Source: Defluviitaleaceae bacterium (GTDB taxonomy: Bacteria > Bacillota > Clostridia > Lachnospirales > WRBF01). From it: a stretch of DNA of 64,000 nucleotides. Position 1 is the stretch's first letter, and each line of letters starts with the position of its first letter. Location of the stretch: positions 2,942 through 66,941 of the forward strand of contig WRBF01000001.1 in NCBI GenBank assembly GCA_009784685.1. The letters are read 5' to 3'. The position numbers were made by a program, and so were the translations under genes. Positions 20,179 through 28,521 of this stretch are shown one piece after another. The notes under the pieces are model-generated. The model was not told the origin of the DNA and searched no databases. It worked only from the letters and a program-made list of their open reading frames with translations.

Positions 20179-21534
20179 TTGATTGATATAGCTAGTTCAA
20201 AATTGGGTGCAGCAAAAATAACTGTTATAGGTGTAGGCGGCGGCGGAAATAACGCCGTTGACAGAATGGTCGAAGATGGAGTTGAGGCAATTGAGTTCGT
20301 TTGTGCGAATACAGATCACCAAGCTTTAGAACGCTCTATTGCACCTACAAGAATTCAACTTGGGGACAAGCTTACAAAAGGGCTTGGTGCAGGAGGAAAC
20401 CCTGAAATAGGTCGTCAAGCGGCAGAAGAATCAAAAGAGGAAATTAAACAACTGCTTATTAATTCTGACATGTTGTTTATAACAGCAGGAATGGGGGGCG
20501 GCACAGGCACAGGTGCTGCGCCTGTTATTGCGTCTATTGCACGTGATTTAAATATTTTAACCGTTGCGGTTGTAACAAAGCCCTTCAGATTTGAAGGTAC
20601 TCATAGAATGAAAAGTGCGCTCTCAGGTGTTGCAGAGCTTAAAAAGTATGTTGATACGTTAGTTGTTATTCCTAATCAACGTTTACTTGAAATAATAGAT
20701 AGAAATACTTCAATGCTTCAAGCTTTTAAGAAAGCGGATGAAACTTTGCGCCAAGGTGTTCAAGGTATTGCTGACCTAATTTCAAAACCGGGACAAATTA
20801 ACCTTGACTTTGCGGACGTTCATACTATTATGTCCGGTAAAGGTCTTGCGCATATGGGCGTTGGACAAGCAAAAGGTAAAGATAAAGCTGAAGTTGCAGC
20901 AGAAATGGCGATAAAGAGTCCTCTGCTTGAAACATCAATTAAAGGAGCAAGAAGCGTTTTGATAAGTATTGCAGGAGATCCACATTTCTCGCTTTTGGAA
21001 ACAGATACTGCAATTACATATATTACTGAAACTATAGATCCTGATGCTGAAATTATATACGGCACGACTATTAATGATGATTTGGATGACGAAGTCATTA
21101 TAACTGTTATTGCGACAGGGCTTGATGATGAAAGTGCTCATGCAGAAAATCAAAACCGCCGTATGGCTAACGTATTGCCTCAGCAAGTTCAAAGACAACC
21201 TCAAATCAATTTAATGAGCGATCAACTGAACATGGAGCCGCAACAGATTCAGCCTCCTCACATTCCTCCTATGCAAGGTATGCCGGAAATGCAGCCTATG
21301 CCGCCGATGAATATGAATATGCAAGGTACTGAGCCTAAGCCTATGCTTCAGCCGGCGCAATCAAAACATTATATTCAGAATGACAAGCCTTACATGCAGC
21401 CGGCTGGCTCTCATACACAGCCGCAGATGCCGCCTAATCACTACCATGATTATAGGGATGACTTTGAAGCAAGAGACGAAAACGGTGACATAACTTTCGA
21501 TATTCCTGTATTTTTACAGAATAAGAGAAAGTAA
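20179..21534 (+). CDS. ftsZ: Cell division protein FtsZ
   Basis: GVGGGGNNAV, GMGGGTGTG tubulin signature, NLDFAD, C-terminal DIPVFL. Confidence 0.97.
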   Translation: MIDIASSKLGAAKITVIGVGGGGNNAVDRMVEDGVEAIEFVCANTDHQALERSIAPTRIQLGDKLTKGLGAGGNPEIGRQAAEESKEEIKQLLINSDMLFITAGMGGGTGTGAAPVIASIARDLNILTVAVVTKPFRFEGTHRMKSALSGVAELKKYVDTLVVIPNQRLLEIIDRNTSMLQAFKKADETLRQGVQGIADLISKPGQINLDFADVHTIMSGKGLAHMGVGQAKGKDKAEVAAEMAIKSPLLETSIKGARSVLISIAGDPHFSLLETDTAITYITETIDPDAEIIYGTTINDDLDDEVIITVIATGLDDESAHAENQNRRMANVLPQQVQRQPQINLMSDQLNMEPQQIQPPHIPPMQGMPEMQPMPPMNMNMQGTEPKPMLQPAQSKHYIQNDKPYMQPAGSHTQPQMPPNHYHDYRDDFEARDENGDITFDIPVFLQNKRK

Positions 21535-21565
21535 GTTAAGTTTTAAAAGTCCATGTTTTATATCT

Positions 21566-21606
21566 AAAAAGGCTTACGTTCTAAATATGTAGAACGTAAG
21601 CCTTTT
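21566..21606 (+). terminator. Intrinsic terminator after ftsZ
   Basis: 13-bp perfect stem GGCTTACGTTCTA/TAGAACGTAAGCC flanked by A and T runs. Confidence 0.85.
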
Positions 21607-21655
21607 ATATATTCCCAACATAGAGGTCGCCATAATTTCCGAAGGGATGATGATC

Positions 21656-22675
21656 ATGTTAAGCATACGTAATCTTGACAAAATTTACATCAATCGTAAC
21701 ACGAAGTTCCAAGCTTTAAAAAATGTTAGCGTTGATATAGAAGACGGAGAAATTTTTGGATTTATAGGGCTTAGCGGCGCAGGAAAGACATCACTTGCGA
21801 GATGTATTTCAATGCTTGAAAAGGTTGATGGCGGTAAAATAATATTAAATAGTGCAGATATTACTAAGATTAAAGGCAGTGAATTAAGAGATGTTAGAAA
21901 AAAAATCGGTTTAGTGTTCCAACAGTTTAATTTACTGATGAATTCAACGGTTTTTGATAATATAGCTTTCCCACTTAAAATTGCAAAAAAACCAAAAAAC
22001 TTTATTGAAAATAGAGTAGCTGAACTTTTAGAACTCGTAGGATTAACTGATAAAAAAGACTCTTACCCTTCAAAACTTTCGGGAGGACAAAAACAACGTG
22101 TTGGTATCGCAAGAGCGCTTGCTGCTGAGCCTGAAATGGTTATTTGTGATGAAGCAACCTCAGCTCTTGATCCGGAAACTACACGCTCAATACTAGAACT
22201 TATAAAAAGCATAAATAAGCAAACAGGCGTAACTTTTATCGTAATAACCCATGAAATGGATGTTATTAAAGAACTATGCCACTCCGTTGCAATTATGGAA
22301 GGCGGCGAAATAATAGAACAGGGCAAGGTTATTGATTTGATGGTTTCGCCAAAAAGCAGTGCCGCAAGGCAATTCTTCTCAAAAAGCCTAACATTTGATA
22401 TGACAAGCCATTTGACAGAGCTACCTAAAGACGGGAAAATTCTCAAAGCTACTTTTATGGGCGACAGTGCCTTAAAACCGTTTATAATGCAAGTAATACG
22501 CAATTTTGAGATAGAGCTTTCGATATTATCCGGCGGCATAGAATCTGTCGGTGGAACTATGGTAGGCGAATTGATTTTAAAAATTAGCGGCAATGCCGAA
22601 GCTTTAGCTTCTTCCATACAGTATCTTAAGGATTTAGGCGTTGGGATTGAGGTGATATATGATGCAAATCTTTGA
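21656..22675 (+). CDS. metN: Methionine ABC transporter ATP-binding protein
   Basis: GLSGAGKT, FQQFNLL, LSGGQKQRV, CDEATSALDPETT, C-terminal NIL-like domain. Confidence 0.93.
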   Translation: MLSIRNLDKIYINRNTKFQALKNVSVDIEDGEIFGFIGLSGAGKTSLARCISMLEKVDGGKIILNSADITKIKGSELRDVRKKIGLVFQQFNLLMNSTVFDNIAFPLKIAKKPKNFIENRVAELLELVGLTDKKDSYPSKLSGGQKQRVGIARALAAEPEMVICDEATSALDPETTRSILELIKSINKQTGVTFIVITHEMDVIKELCHSVAIMEGGEIIEQGKVIDLMVSPKSSAARQFFSKSLTFDMTSHLTELPKDGKILKATFMGDSALKPFIMQVIRNFEIELSILSGGIESVGGTMVGELILKISGNAEALASSIQYLKDLGVGIEVIYDANL

Positions 22676-23336
22676 TTATGGATATTTAAGTCAATTGATA
22701 AGCATATTAATGCCGGGAACGGCGGATACGATATTTATGGTTTCAATTTCTTCACTATTCGCTATTTCTATCGGGCTTGGACTTGGTGTAGTGCTTTACA
22801 TTACACAACCAGGCGGTGTTTGCGAAATAACCCTATTAAACAAGATTCTCGGAACTATAGTAAATATCGGTCGCAGCATACCTTTTGTAATCATCATCAT
22901 CGCTGTGTTCCCGTTATCAAGGTTCATAGTAGGTACATCAATCGGGCGGACTGCTGCAATTGTGCCTCTTACAATAGCGGCTATCCCTTTTGTTGCTAGG
23001 CTTGTTGAAGCAAACCTTAACGAACTTGGGCAAGGAATAGTAGAAGCTGCTGTTTCTGCGGGGGCAACGCCCATGCAAATAATATTCCGTGTGCTTTTGC
23101 CTGAGAGTGCATCAAGCCTTGTTTCGAGCTTTACACTAACAATTATAAGCTTAATAGGATACTCAGCAATGGCAGGCACAATTGGCGGCGGCGGTCTTGG
23201 AGATGTAGCTCTGCGCCATGGATATCAAAGGTTCAGGACAGATATATTGATATTAACTGTTCTAATACTTGTAATATTAGTTCAGTTTATTCAAATAGTA
23301 GGTCAAATAATATCAAAGCGACTTGATAAAAGGTAA
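22659..23336 (+). CDS. metI: Methionine ABC transporter permease
   Basis: VNIGRSIPF, VGTSIG..AA.VPL, GYSAMAG.IGGGGLG, GYQRF. Confidence 0.93.
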   Translation: MMQIFDYGYLSQLISILMPGTADTIFMVSISSLFAISIGLGLGVVLYITQPGGVCEITLLNKILGTIVNIGRSIPFVIIIIAVFPLSRFIVGTSIGRTAAIVPLTIAAIPFVARLVEANLNELGQGIVEAAVSAGATPMQIIFRVLLPESASSLVSSFTLTIISLIGYSAMAGTIGGGGLGDVALRHGYQRFRTDILILTVLILVILVQFIQIVGQIISKRLDKR

Positions 23337-23367
23337 TCTTTTGAAAATTGAGAGGAGTCAAAAAAAT

Positions 23368-24177
23368 ATGAAAAAATTAATATCGCTTATATGTATATGC
23401 TTACTGATTGCGACAATAGCTGTATTAACTGGTTGTGAATCAGCAGCAGATAATGAATTTGAAACGCTTGTAATAGGTGCAACTGCTGTGCCTCATGCGG
23501 AAATACTTGAGTTTATACGCACAGATATGTTAGAGCAGGGTATTAGTCTTGAAATTAGAGAGTTCAGCGATTTTTCCCTTGTTAACCCGGCTTTGCGTGA
23601 TGGTCAAATTGATGTTAATTATTTCCAACATGCTCCGTTTCTTAACAATTTTGTTGAAAACACCGGTGCGCCTTTAGTATCGGTATGTCAAATACATATT
23701 GAACCTATGGGTATTTATTCAAACAATCTTAATGATTTATCAGAAATACAACCAGGGTCTACTGTCGGGATACAAAATGATGCTACTAATCAAGCAAGGG
23801 CTCTTTTGCTTCTAGAAAATGTTGGGTTAATAACATTACGTGAAGGAGCAGGAGTTCTTGCTACAGTTCATGACATAGCAGAAAACCCGCTGGATCTTAA
23901 TATTTTAGAAATTGATGCAGCTATGCTTCCACGAACGTTAAACGAGACAGCTATTTCGACAATTAATACAAATTTTGCTCTTCAAGCAGGATTAAACCCA
24001 ATGAACGATGCTCTGGCTATAGAAAATTCTGACTCCCCTTATGCAAATTTAATAGTAGTTAGAGAAGAAGACCTTAACAGGGAAGCCGTTCAAATATTAT
24101 TAAGAACGCTTCAAACTGAAATGGTGAGGGAGTTTATTCTTGAAAATTACGAAGGTGCGGTTGTTCCTGTGTTTTAA
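23368..24177 (+). CDS. metQ: Methionine ABC transporter lipoprotein (MetQ/NlpA)
   Basis: LTGC lipobox, GAT.VPHAEIL, NYFQH.PFL, HIEP.G.YS, SPYAN; ATG at 23368. Confidence 0.92.
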   Translation: MKKLISLICICLLIATIAVLTGCESAADNEFETLVIGATAVPHAEILEFIRTDMLEQGISLEIREFSDFSLVNPALRDGQIDVNYFQHAPFLNNFVENTGAPLVSVCQIHIEPMGIYSNNLNDLSEIQPGSTVGIQNDATNQARALLLLENVGLITLREGAGVLATVHDIAENPLDLNILEIDAAMLPRTLNETAISTINTNFALQAGLNPMNDALAIENSDSPYANLIVVREEDLNREAVQILLRTLQTEMVREFILENYEGAVVPVF

Positions 24178-24311
24178 TTAGTAATTGTTTTCTTTGAACC
24201 ATTTTCAAGTTAAACGGCTATAAGTAAAATTCATGCATACTTTTGGGAAAAAAGTCCACTCTAAGCATTAAAGAAGTTTTAATAGTTTTAATGTTTAGAG
24301 GAGGACTTTTT

Positions 24312-25472
24312 ATGCGCTATAAAACATTTGTGATATTACTCATGACTACTATTTTGTTAAGCTGCAAAGCAGTGTTTGCAAACATCCCTGCTGCTGAAAT
24401 AACAGTTGATGCAAGGTCTGCAATTTTGATGGAAGCCTCAACAGGAAAAATACTTGTAGATCAAAACAAGCAGGAAAGACTGTCGATAGCTTCAATAACG
24501 AAAGTGATGACATTGCTGCTTGTTTACGAGGCGATAGACGAAGGAAGAATTAAATGGGATGATATTGTTACGGTTAGTGACTATGCCGCAGGCATGGGCG
24601 GGTCTCAAATATTTCTTGAGCCAACGGAAAGGCAAACAGTTAGAGATTTAACCAAATCAGTTATAATTGCATCCGCTAACGACTCTGCCGTTGCCCTTGC
24701 TGAGTATGTTTCAGGCAGTGAAGAGGCGTTTGTGCAGCTTATGAACAAGCGTGCTTTAAGTCTTGGGATGACAGAGACCTCTTTCCAAAATTCATGCGGA
24801 CTTGATGCTGACGGACATTACTCCTCGGCAGAGGATGTTGCAATTATGAGTCGTGAGCTTATTAATAATTTCCCCGAAGTGCTTGAAGTATCCTCTATTT
24901 GGATGGACTCAATAGTCCATAAAACAGCTAGAGGTGAAGAAGTATTTGGTCTTAATAATACAAATCGGTTAATTAAATCATATCAAGGCGCAGTAGGTCT
25001 TAAAACAGGGTCAACGGGTAATGCTTTGTTTTGCATATCGGCTGTGGCTGAAAGAGACGGTATGATGCTTATAGCCGTTATTTTAGGCGGACCTACATCT
25101 GAAATCAGATTCCATGAGGCGGCAAGGCTTTTTGATTATGGGTTTTCTAATTACTCGGTAATCGAAGGCGAATCTTCAGGAACGCCAAAAGGGATAATAA
25201 ATGTTAACAAAGGAGCACAAGAACAAGTAGGCGTGTCAATAAAAACACAGATAAATTGCGTTATCCCTAAAGGAAAAAGCGTTGAACTTGAAAGCAAATT
25301 AGAGCTCCCGGAAAAAGTTGATGCACCAGTATTTATGGGTCAGAAAGTAGGGGAGATAGTGTACTTTGCAAATGGCAGTGAAGTAGGTAGGTCTGATCTT
25401 ATTATAATGGAAGATGTGCCCAAAGCCGGGCTTACAGATAACTTACGAATGCTTTTTAGTAGATGGTTTTAA
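24312..25472 (+). CDS. dacF: D-alanyl-D-alanine carboxypeptidase (DacF-like)
   Basis: ASITKVMT (SxxK), GGSQIFLE, SAND, NTNRL, KTG motifs. Confidence 0.82.
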   Translation: MRYKTFVILLMTTILLSCKAVFANIPAAEITVDARSAILMEASTGKILVDQNKQERLSIASITKVMTLLLVYEAIDEGRIKWDDIVTVSDYAAGMGGSQIFLEPTERQTVRDLTKSVIIASANDSAVALAEYVSGSEEAFVQLMNKRALSLGMTETSFQNSCGLDADGHYSSAEDVAIMSRELINNFPEVLEVSSIWMDSIVHKTARGEEVFGLNNTNRLIKSYQGAVGLKTGSTGNALFCISAVAERDGMMLIAVILGGPTSEIRFHEAARLFDYGFSNYSVIEGESSGTPKGIINVNKGAQEQVGVSIKTQINCVIPKGKSVELESKLELPEKVDAPVFMGQKVGEIVYFANGSEVGRSDLIIMEDVPKAGLTDNLRMLFSRWF

Positions 25473-25498
25473 TATTAAATAGCAGATACTAAATCAGT

Positions 25499-25527
25499 AA
25501 CAAGTCCTAAGCCCCTTTCATACAATA
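25499..25527 (+). promoter_or_regulatory. sigma-K-like promoter
   Basis: AACA-N16-CATACAATA, an exact match to the consensus pattern. Confidence 0.6.
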
Positions 25528-25602
25528 CAGAAGAGGTGTACAACTCATACTATTGCTTTTAGAAAGAGATAGTATCCACTATGTATGAAAGGGGAAAATG
25601 AT

Positions 25603-25926
25603 ATGATGGATAGAAGTGCCAATGGTATTATTGAGTGCCTAATGCCGCATATAGGCAGGACTGTTACAGTGTTTACTGAAAGCGGAGGTATTTCCGGGTC
25701 TGGTTTTACGGGCGTTTTATTAACAGCAGACTTTGGTTGTATAAGACTTCTTGCAAGTATCGGCGCACCGCCTGCATGTCCAATCGGAAGCACTTGCCTT
25801 GATTCGTTTAGTCCGGGTCTTGGAAGAAGTGGTCCTGAAGGCGCACCGTTTTTCGGCAACCCAATGGGCGCAATTTGTGTAATTCCAACTGATGCTATTG
25901 TATGCTTTACGCATAATGCGATTTAG
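25603..25926 (+). CDS. Cys/Gly/Pro-rich hypothetical protein, probable spore coat component
   Basis: HIGRTVTVFTESGG.SG.GFTGVL...IP.DAIVCFTHNAI; AAAGGGG RBS; sigma-K-like promoter and own terminator. Confidence 0.65.
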   Translation: MMDRSANGIIECLMPHIGRTVTVFTESGGISGSGFTGVLLTADFGCIRLLASIGAPPACPIGSTCLDSFSPGLGRSGPEGAPFFGNPMGAICVIPTDAIVCFTHNAI

Positions 25927-25948
25927 TAAAATACAGTACGATTATATT

Positions 25949-25976
25949 GGGGCGATGTTCGCATCGCCCCTTTTTT
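25949..25976 (+). terminator. Intrinsic terminator
   Basis: GGGGCGATG-TTCG-CATCGCCCC-TTTTTT. Confidence 0.9.
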
Positions 25977-25989
25977 CGTATAGCATATA

Positions 25990-26018
25990 TCGACAAACTT
26001 TTAACTATATGGTATAAT
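25990..26018 (+). promoter_or_regulatory. sigma-A promoter for the glutaredoxin-like selenoprotein
   Basis: TCGACA-N17-TATAAT with extended TG. Confidence 0.7.
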
Positions 26019-26047
26019 TACACAAGAACCGACAGGAGGACAGTAGC

Positions 26048-26326
26048 ATGAAAAAAATAATAATTTATGGAAGCTCACATTGACCGGGCTGTGAGCCGGT
26101 GAAAGAGGTTCTTTCCCAAAGAAATATTAAGTATGCATATGTTGATATTACATCGGGTATGTTTGGGCTTAAAAACTTTTTAAAGATTAGGGATAATAAT
26201 GAGAGTCATGCAAAATTACGAGTAAATGGCTTGGTTGGTATTCCAACATTAGTCGTTGATGATAAAAGCTATTTAATATCAGGTCCAGAGGCTATGGAAC
26301 ATCTTGTTGAAGAGCTTGAGTTATAG
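26048..26326 (+). CDS. Glutaredoxin-like selenoprotein (UxxC), 92 aa
   Basis: AGGAGGA RBS, ATG 26048, MKKIIIYGSSH-TGA(26081)-PGC continuing in frame into the tracked ORF; VDIT and GIP.LVV glutaredoxin motifs. Confidence 0.85.
26098..26117 (+). promoter_or_regulatory. Candidate bacterial SECIS element
   Basis: GAAAGA-GGT-TCTTTC hairpin with a G-starting apical loop about 23 nt after the TGA. Confidence 0.55.
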
Positions 26327-26339
26327 ATAATGCTGCAAA

Positions 26340-26370
26340 AGAGTAGGTAGGGTAATCCTGCCTCTTTTTT
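26340..26370. terminator. Probable bidirectional terminator
   Basis: AGGTAGG-GTAAT-CCTGCCT stem followed by CTTTTTT, between convergent genes. Confidence 0.6.
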
Positions 26371-26376
26371 GTGGTA

Positions 26377-27015
26377 TTATCCGCTATCATTGTTTATCAA
26401 TGATATAATCTCATGTATCAAGAACATTCGATCATCTAACTCAGCGATTTTATCAGCACAGATTATAAGTTCATCGCTTAAATGCTTTGGTATTTGCTCC
26501 TTATATTTGTATTTGGCTTGATGTTCAAGTGTAGCCCAAAAATTCATAGCCTCTGTACGTATTTGGATTTCTATAGGTAAAGTTTCTGTTTTACCGGAGT
26601 GATATATCTCAATTTCCATAATGATATGGTAACTTCGATACCCGCTATGCTTAGGGTTAGTTACATAATCCTTTTCGCTTATGATATTTCCGTCCGGCAT
26701 TGATCTGATAAGCTCTGCCAAAAAATAAATATCCTTAGCATACGGACAAATAATCCGGATGCCGGCTATGTCGTTTAAATGATTTTTTGCATTTTTCGCA
26801 GTCAATTCAACGCCTTGCTTATGTAATTTGCTTGCAATACTTTCAGCAGATTTAATACGCCCAGTTATATACCCAATAGGGTTAGTGTTTTGGTAATACT
26901 TATGGGCTTCGTGGATAATGTTTAACTTTGTTAACATTGTTCTATGCACCCATTCATATGAAAGAAGAAGCTCTTTAAGCAGCTTAAATTCATTGTCGTT
27001 AAACCGTGCAGACAT
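26377..27015 (-). CDS. Small alarmone synthetase (RelA/SpoT SYNTH domain, RelP/YwaC-like)
   Basis: GRIKS..SI..K, DIAGIRIIC, KDYV.NPK.SGYRSYH, EIQIRT.AMNFWATLEH..KYK all intact. Confidence 0.92.
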   Translation of the reverse strand: MSARFNDNEFKLLKELLLSYEWVHRTMLTKLNIIHEAHKYYQNTNPIGYITGRIKSAESIASKLHKQGVELTAKNAKNHLNDIAGIRIICPYAKDIYFLAELIRSMPDGNIISEKDYVTNPKHSGYRSYHIIMEIEIYHSGKTETLPIEIQIRTEAMNFWATLEHQAKYKYKEQIPKHLSDELIICADKIAELDDRMFLIHEIISLINNDSG

Positions 27016-27032
27016 TTGTTATTACCTCCGAT

Positions 27033-28082
27033 TTATTTTAGGGGAAGTGTTAAGGTGAAAACTGCCCCAGTACCTGAGCAATTTTCCGCTGCTACATGAC
27101 CTTCATGTTGGTCAGCTATTGACTTTACAATGGCAAGTCCAATACCTGTATTACCGCCTTTACCCTTATAAAAGCGCTCGAAAACATGCGGCAAAGTTTC
27201 GGATTCTATGCCGTTGCCGTCATCTGTCACACTTATTTGTATTTGTTTATCTTTTTTACGGCACGATATCACAATTTCAGATATTGCGTAACGTATTGCG
27301 TTGGAAATAAGATTGTCAACTGCCCTTGATATAAGCTCGGTCACACATTCATATGAAATTTCACCTTTATCAAGGTCAAAAATAAACTTAACTTGCTTTT
27401 TGTCTGCTATTACTTGTTGACGTGCGGCACATTCTTTAATAATTTTAATCAAATCCGATTTTTCTGTGTTGTATGCCGTAGTAATATTGTCAATTTTTGC
27501 AATATACAGCAAATCAGTAACCAAATCCGATAACCTGTCTGTTTCCTTTAAAATTGTTTCGCCTGCTTTTTTAGGCTCCATAAGCCCATAAACTATACCT
27601 TCCGCATAAACTTTGATAGACATTAGGGGCGTTCGTAATTCATGTGATGCATTTTGGAAAAAATCCTTTTGCATTTTGTCATGAGCTCCTAACTGTCTTA
27701 CAGACTTATTAAAAGCAGCATTTAGGCTTTCTATTTCCATGTCTTGAAATTCAAAATCATTAGTTTCAAAATTACCTTTACCTATGCCAAGTGCAAATTT
27801 ACTTAATTTTTCAATAGGGCGTGTTATTGAGTTAGATAGAAAATAAGTAACAACCACTGAAACTACAAACATTATAGCAACAAGTGCAATAAGCGTGGCT
27901 CCTGCTCTGCCTGTTACTGCTTCTTCCGCAACATGGTAATCATAATCGCCGGAAGTAAATAACCTTATGATGATATTGAAGATAATCCCCGTGAGCAAGA
28001 AAGAAAAAAACAGCACAGAGGAAAAGGCGGCAAGAATTCTTTGACGCAATCTTGTTTTCTTTTTATCATTATTTGATCTCAT
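27033..28082 (-). CDS. HAMP-containing sensor histidine kinase
   Basis: Two TMs with about 22-aa loop, HAMP (ITRPI..L), SHELRTPL H-box, NL.SNA.RY, D.G.GI, FERFY, G.GL. Confidence 0.93.
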   Translation of the reverse strand: MRSNNDKKKTRLRQRILAAFSSVLFFSFLLTGIIFNIIIRLFTSGDYDYHVAEEAVTGRAGATLIALVAIMFVVSVVVTYFLSNSITRPIEKLSKFALGIGKGNFETNDFEFQDMEIESLNAAFNKSVRQLGAHDKMQKDFFQNASHELRTPLMSIKVYAEGIVYGLMEPKKAGETILKETDRLSDLVTDLLYIAKIDNITTAYNTEKSDLIKIIKECAARQQVIADKKQVKFIFDLDKGEISYECVTELISRAVDNLISNAIRYAISEIVISCRKKDKQIQISVTDDGNGIESETLPHVFERFYKGKGGNTGIGLAIVKSIADQHEGHVAAENCSGTGAVFTLTLPLK

Positions 28083-28087
28083 TATTT

Positions 28088-28504
28088 TTATCCATTTCGT
28101 CCAAAATGTAGTTCATCATACGCCTTTTTTTCAAACTCCATGCGCCTAAAAATAGCATTAATCCTCATAGTAAGTGCCATAGGGCTGAAAGGTTTTGTTA
28201 AATAATCATCGCTGCCTAAATCCAAACCGGTAGCATAATCTAAGTCGCTATCTCTTGCAGTAAGCATTATTATTGGTACGGTGCTAACCTTGCGTAATTC
28301 TTTGCATACTATGAAGCCATTAGAACCGGGCATCATTACATCTAAGACTACCAAATCTGCAGGCTTTTCTGAAAAAGCTTCAAGAAGCAAATCACCATTT
28401 TCAAAATCTTCAACAGTATATCCTGCACTCTCTAAAAATGCCTTAATACCAAGCCTTATCGTGGTTTCATCATCAGCAATATAGATTTTTTTTGCTTCGT
28501 TCAA
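28088..28504 (-). CDS. Response regulator, OmpR-type receiver domain with no DNA-binding domain
   Basis: IADDE, LDVMMPG, MLTA, DDYLTKPF; ends ELHFGRNG*; probable TTG start at 28504 (28513 possible). Confidence 0.88.
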   Translation of the reverse strand: MNEAKKIYIADDETTIRLGIKAFLESAGYTVEDFENGDLLLEAFSEKPADLVVLDVMMPGSNGFIVCKELRKVSTVPIIMLTARDSDLDYATGLDLGSDDYLTKPFSPMALTMRINAIFRRMEFEKKAYDELHFGRNG

Positions 28505-28521
28505 AAAAATCAACCCTTTAT

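Noticed and set aside
24235-24263. sigma-G-like promoter for dacF (GCATA-N17-CACTCTA)
   Set aside because: Mismatch in the -10 and low information content; expected biology, not securely supported.
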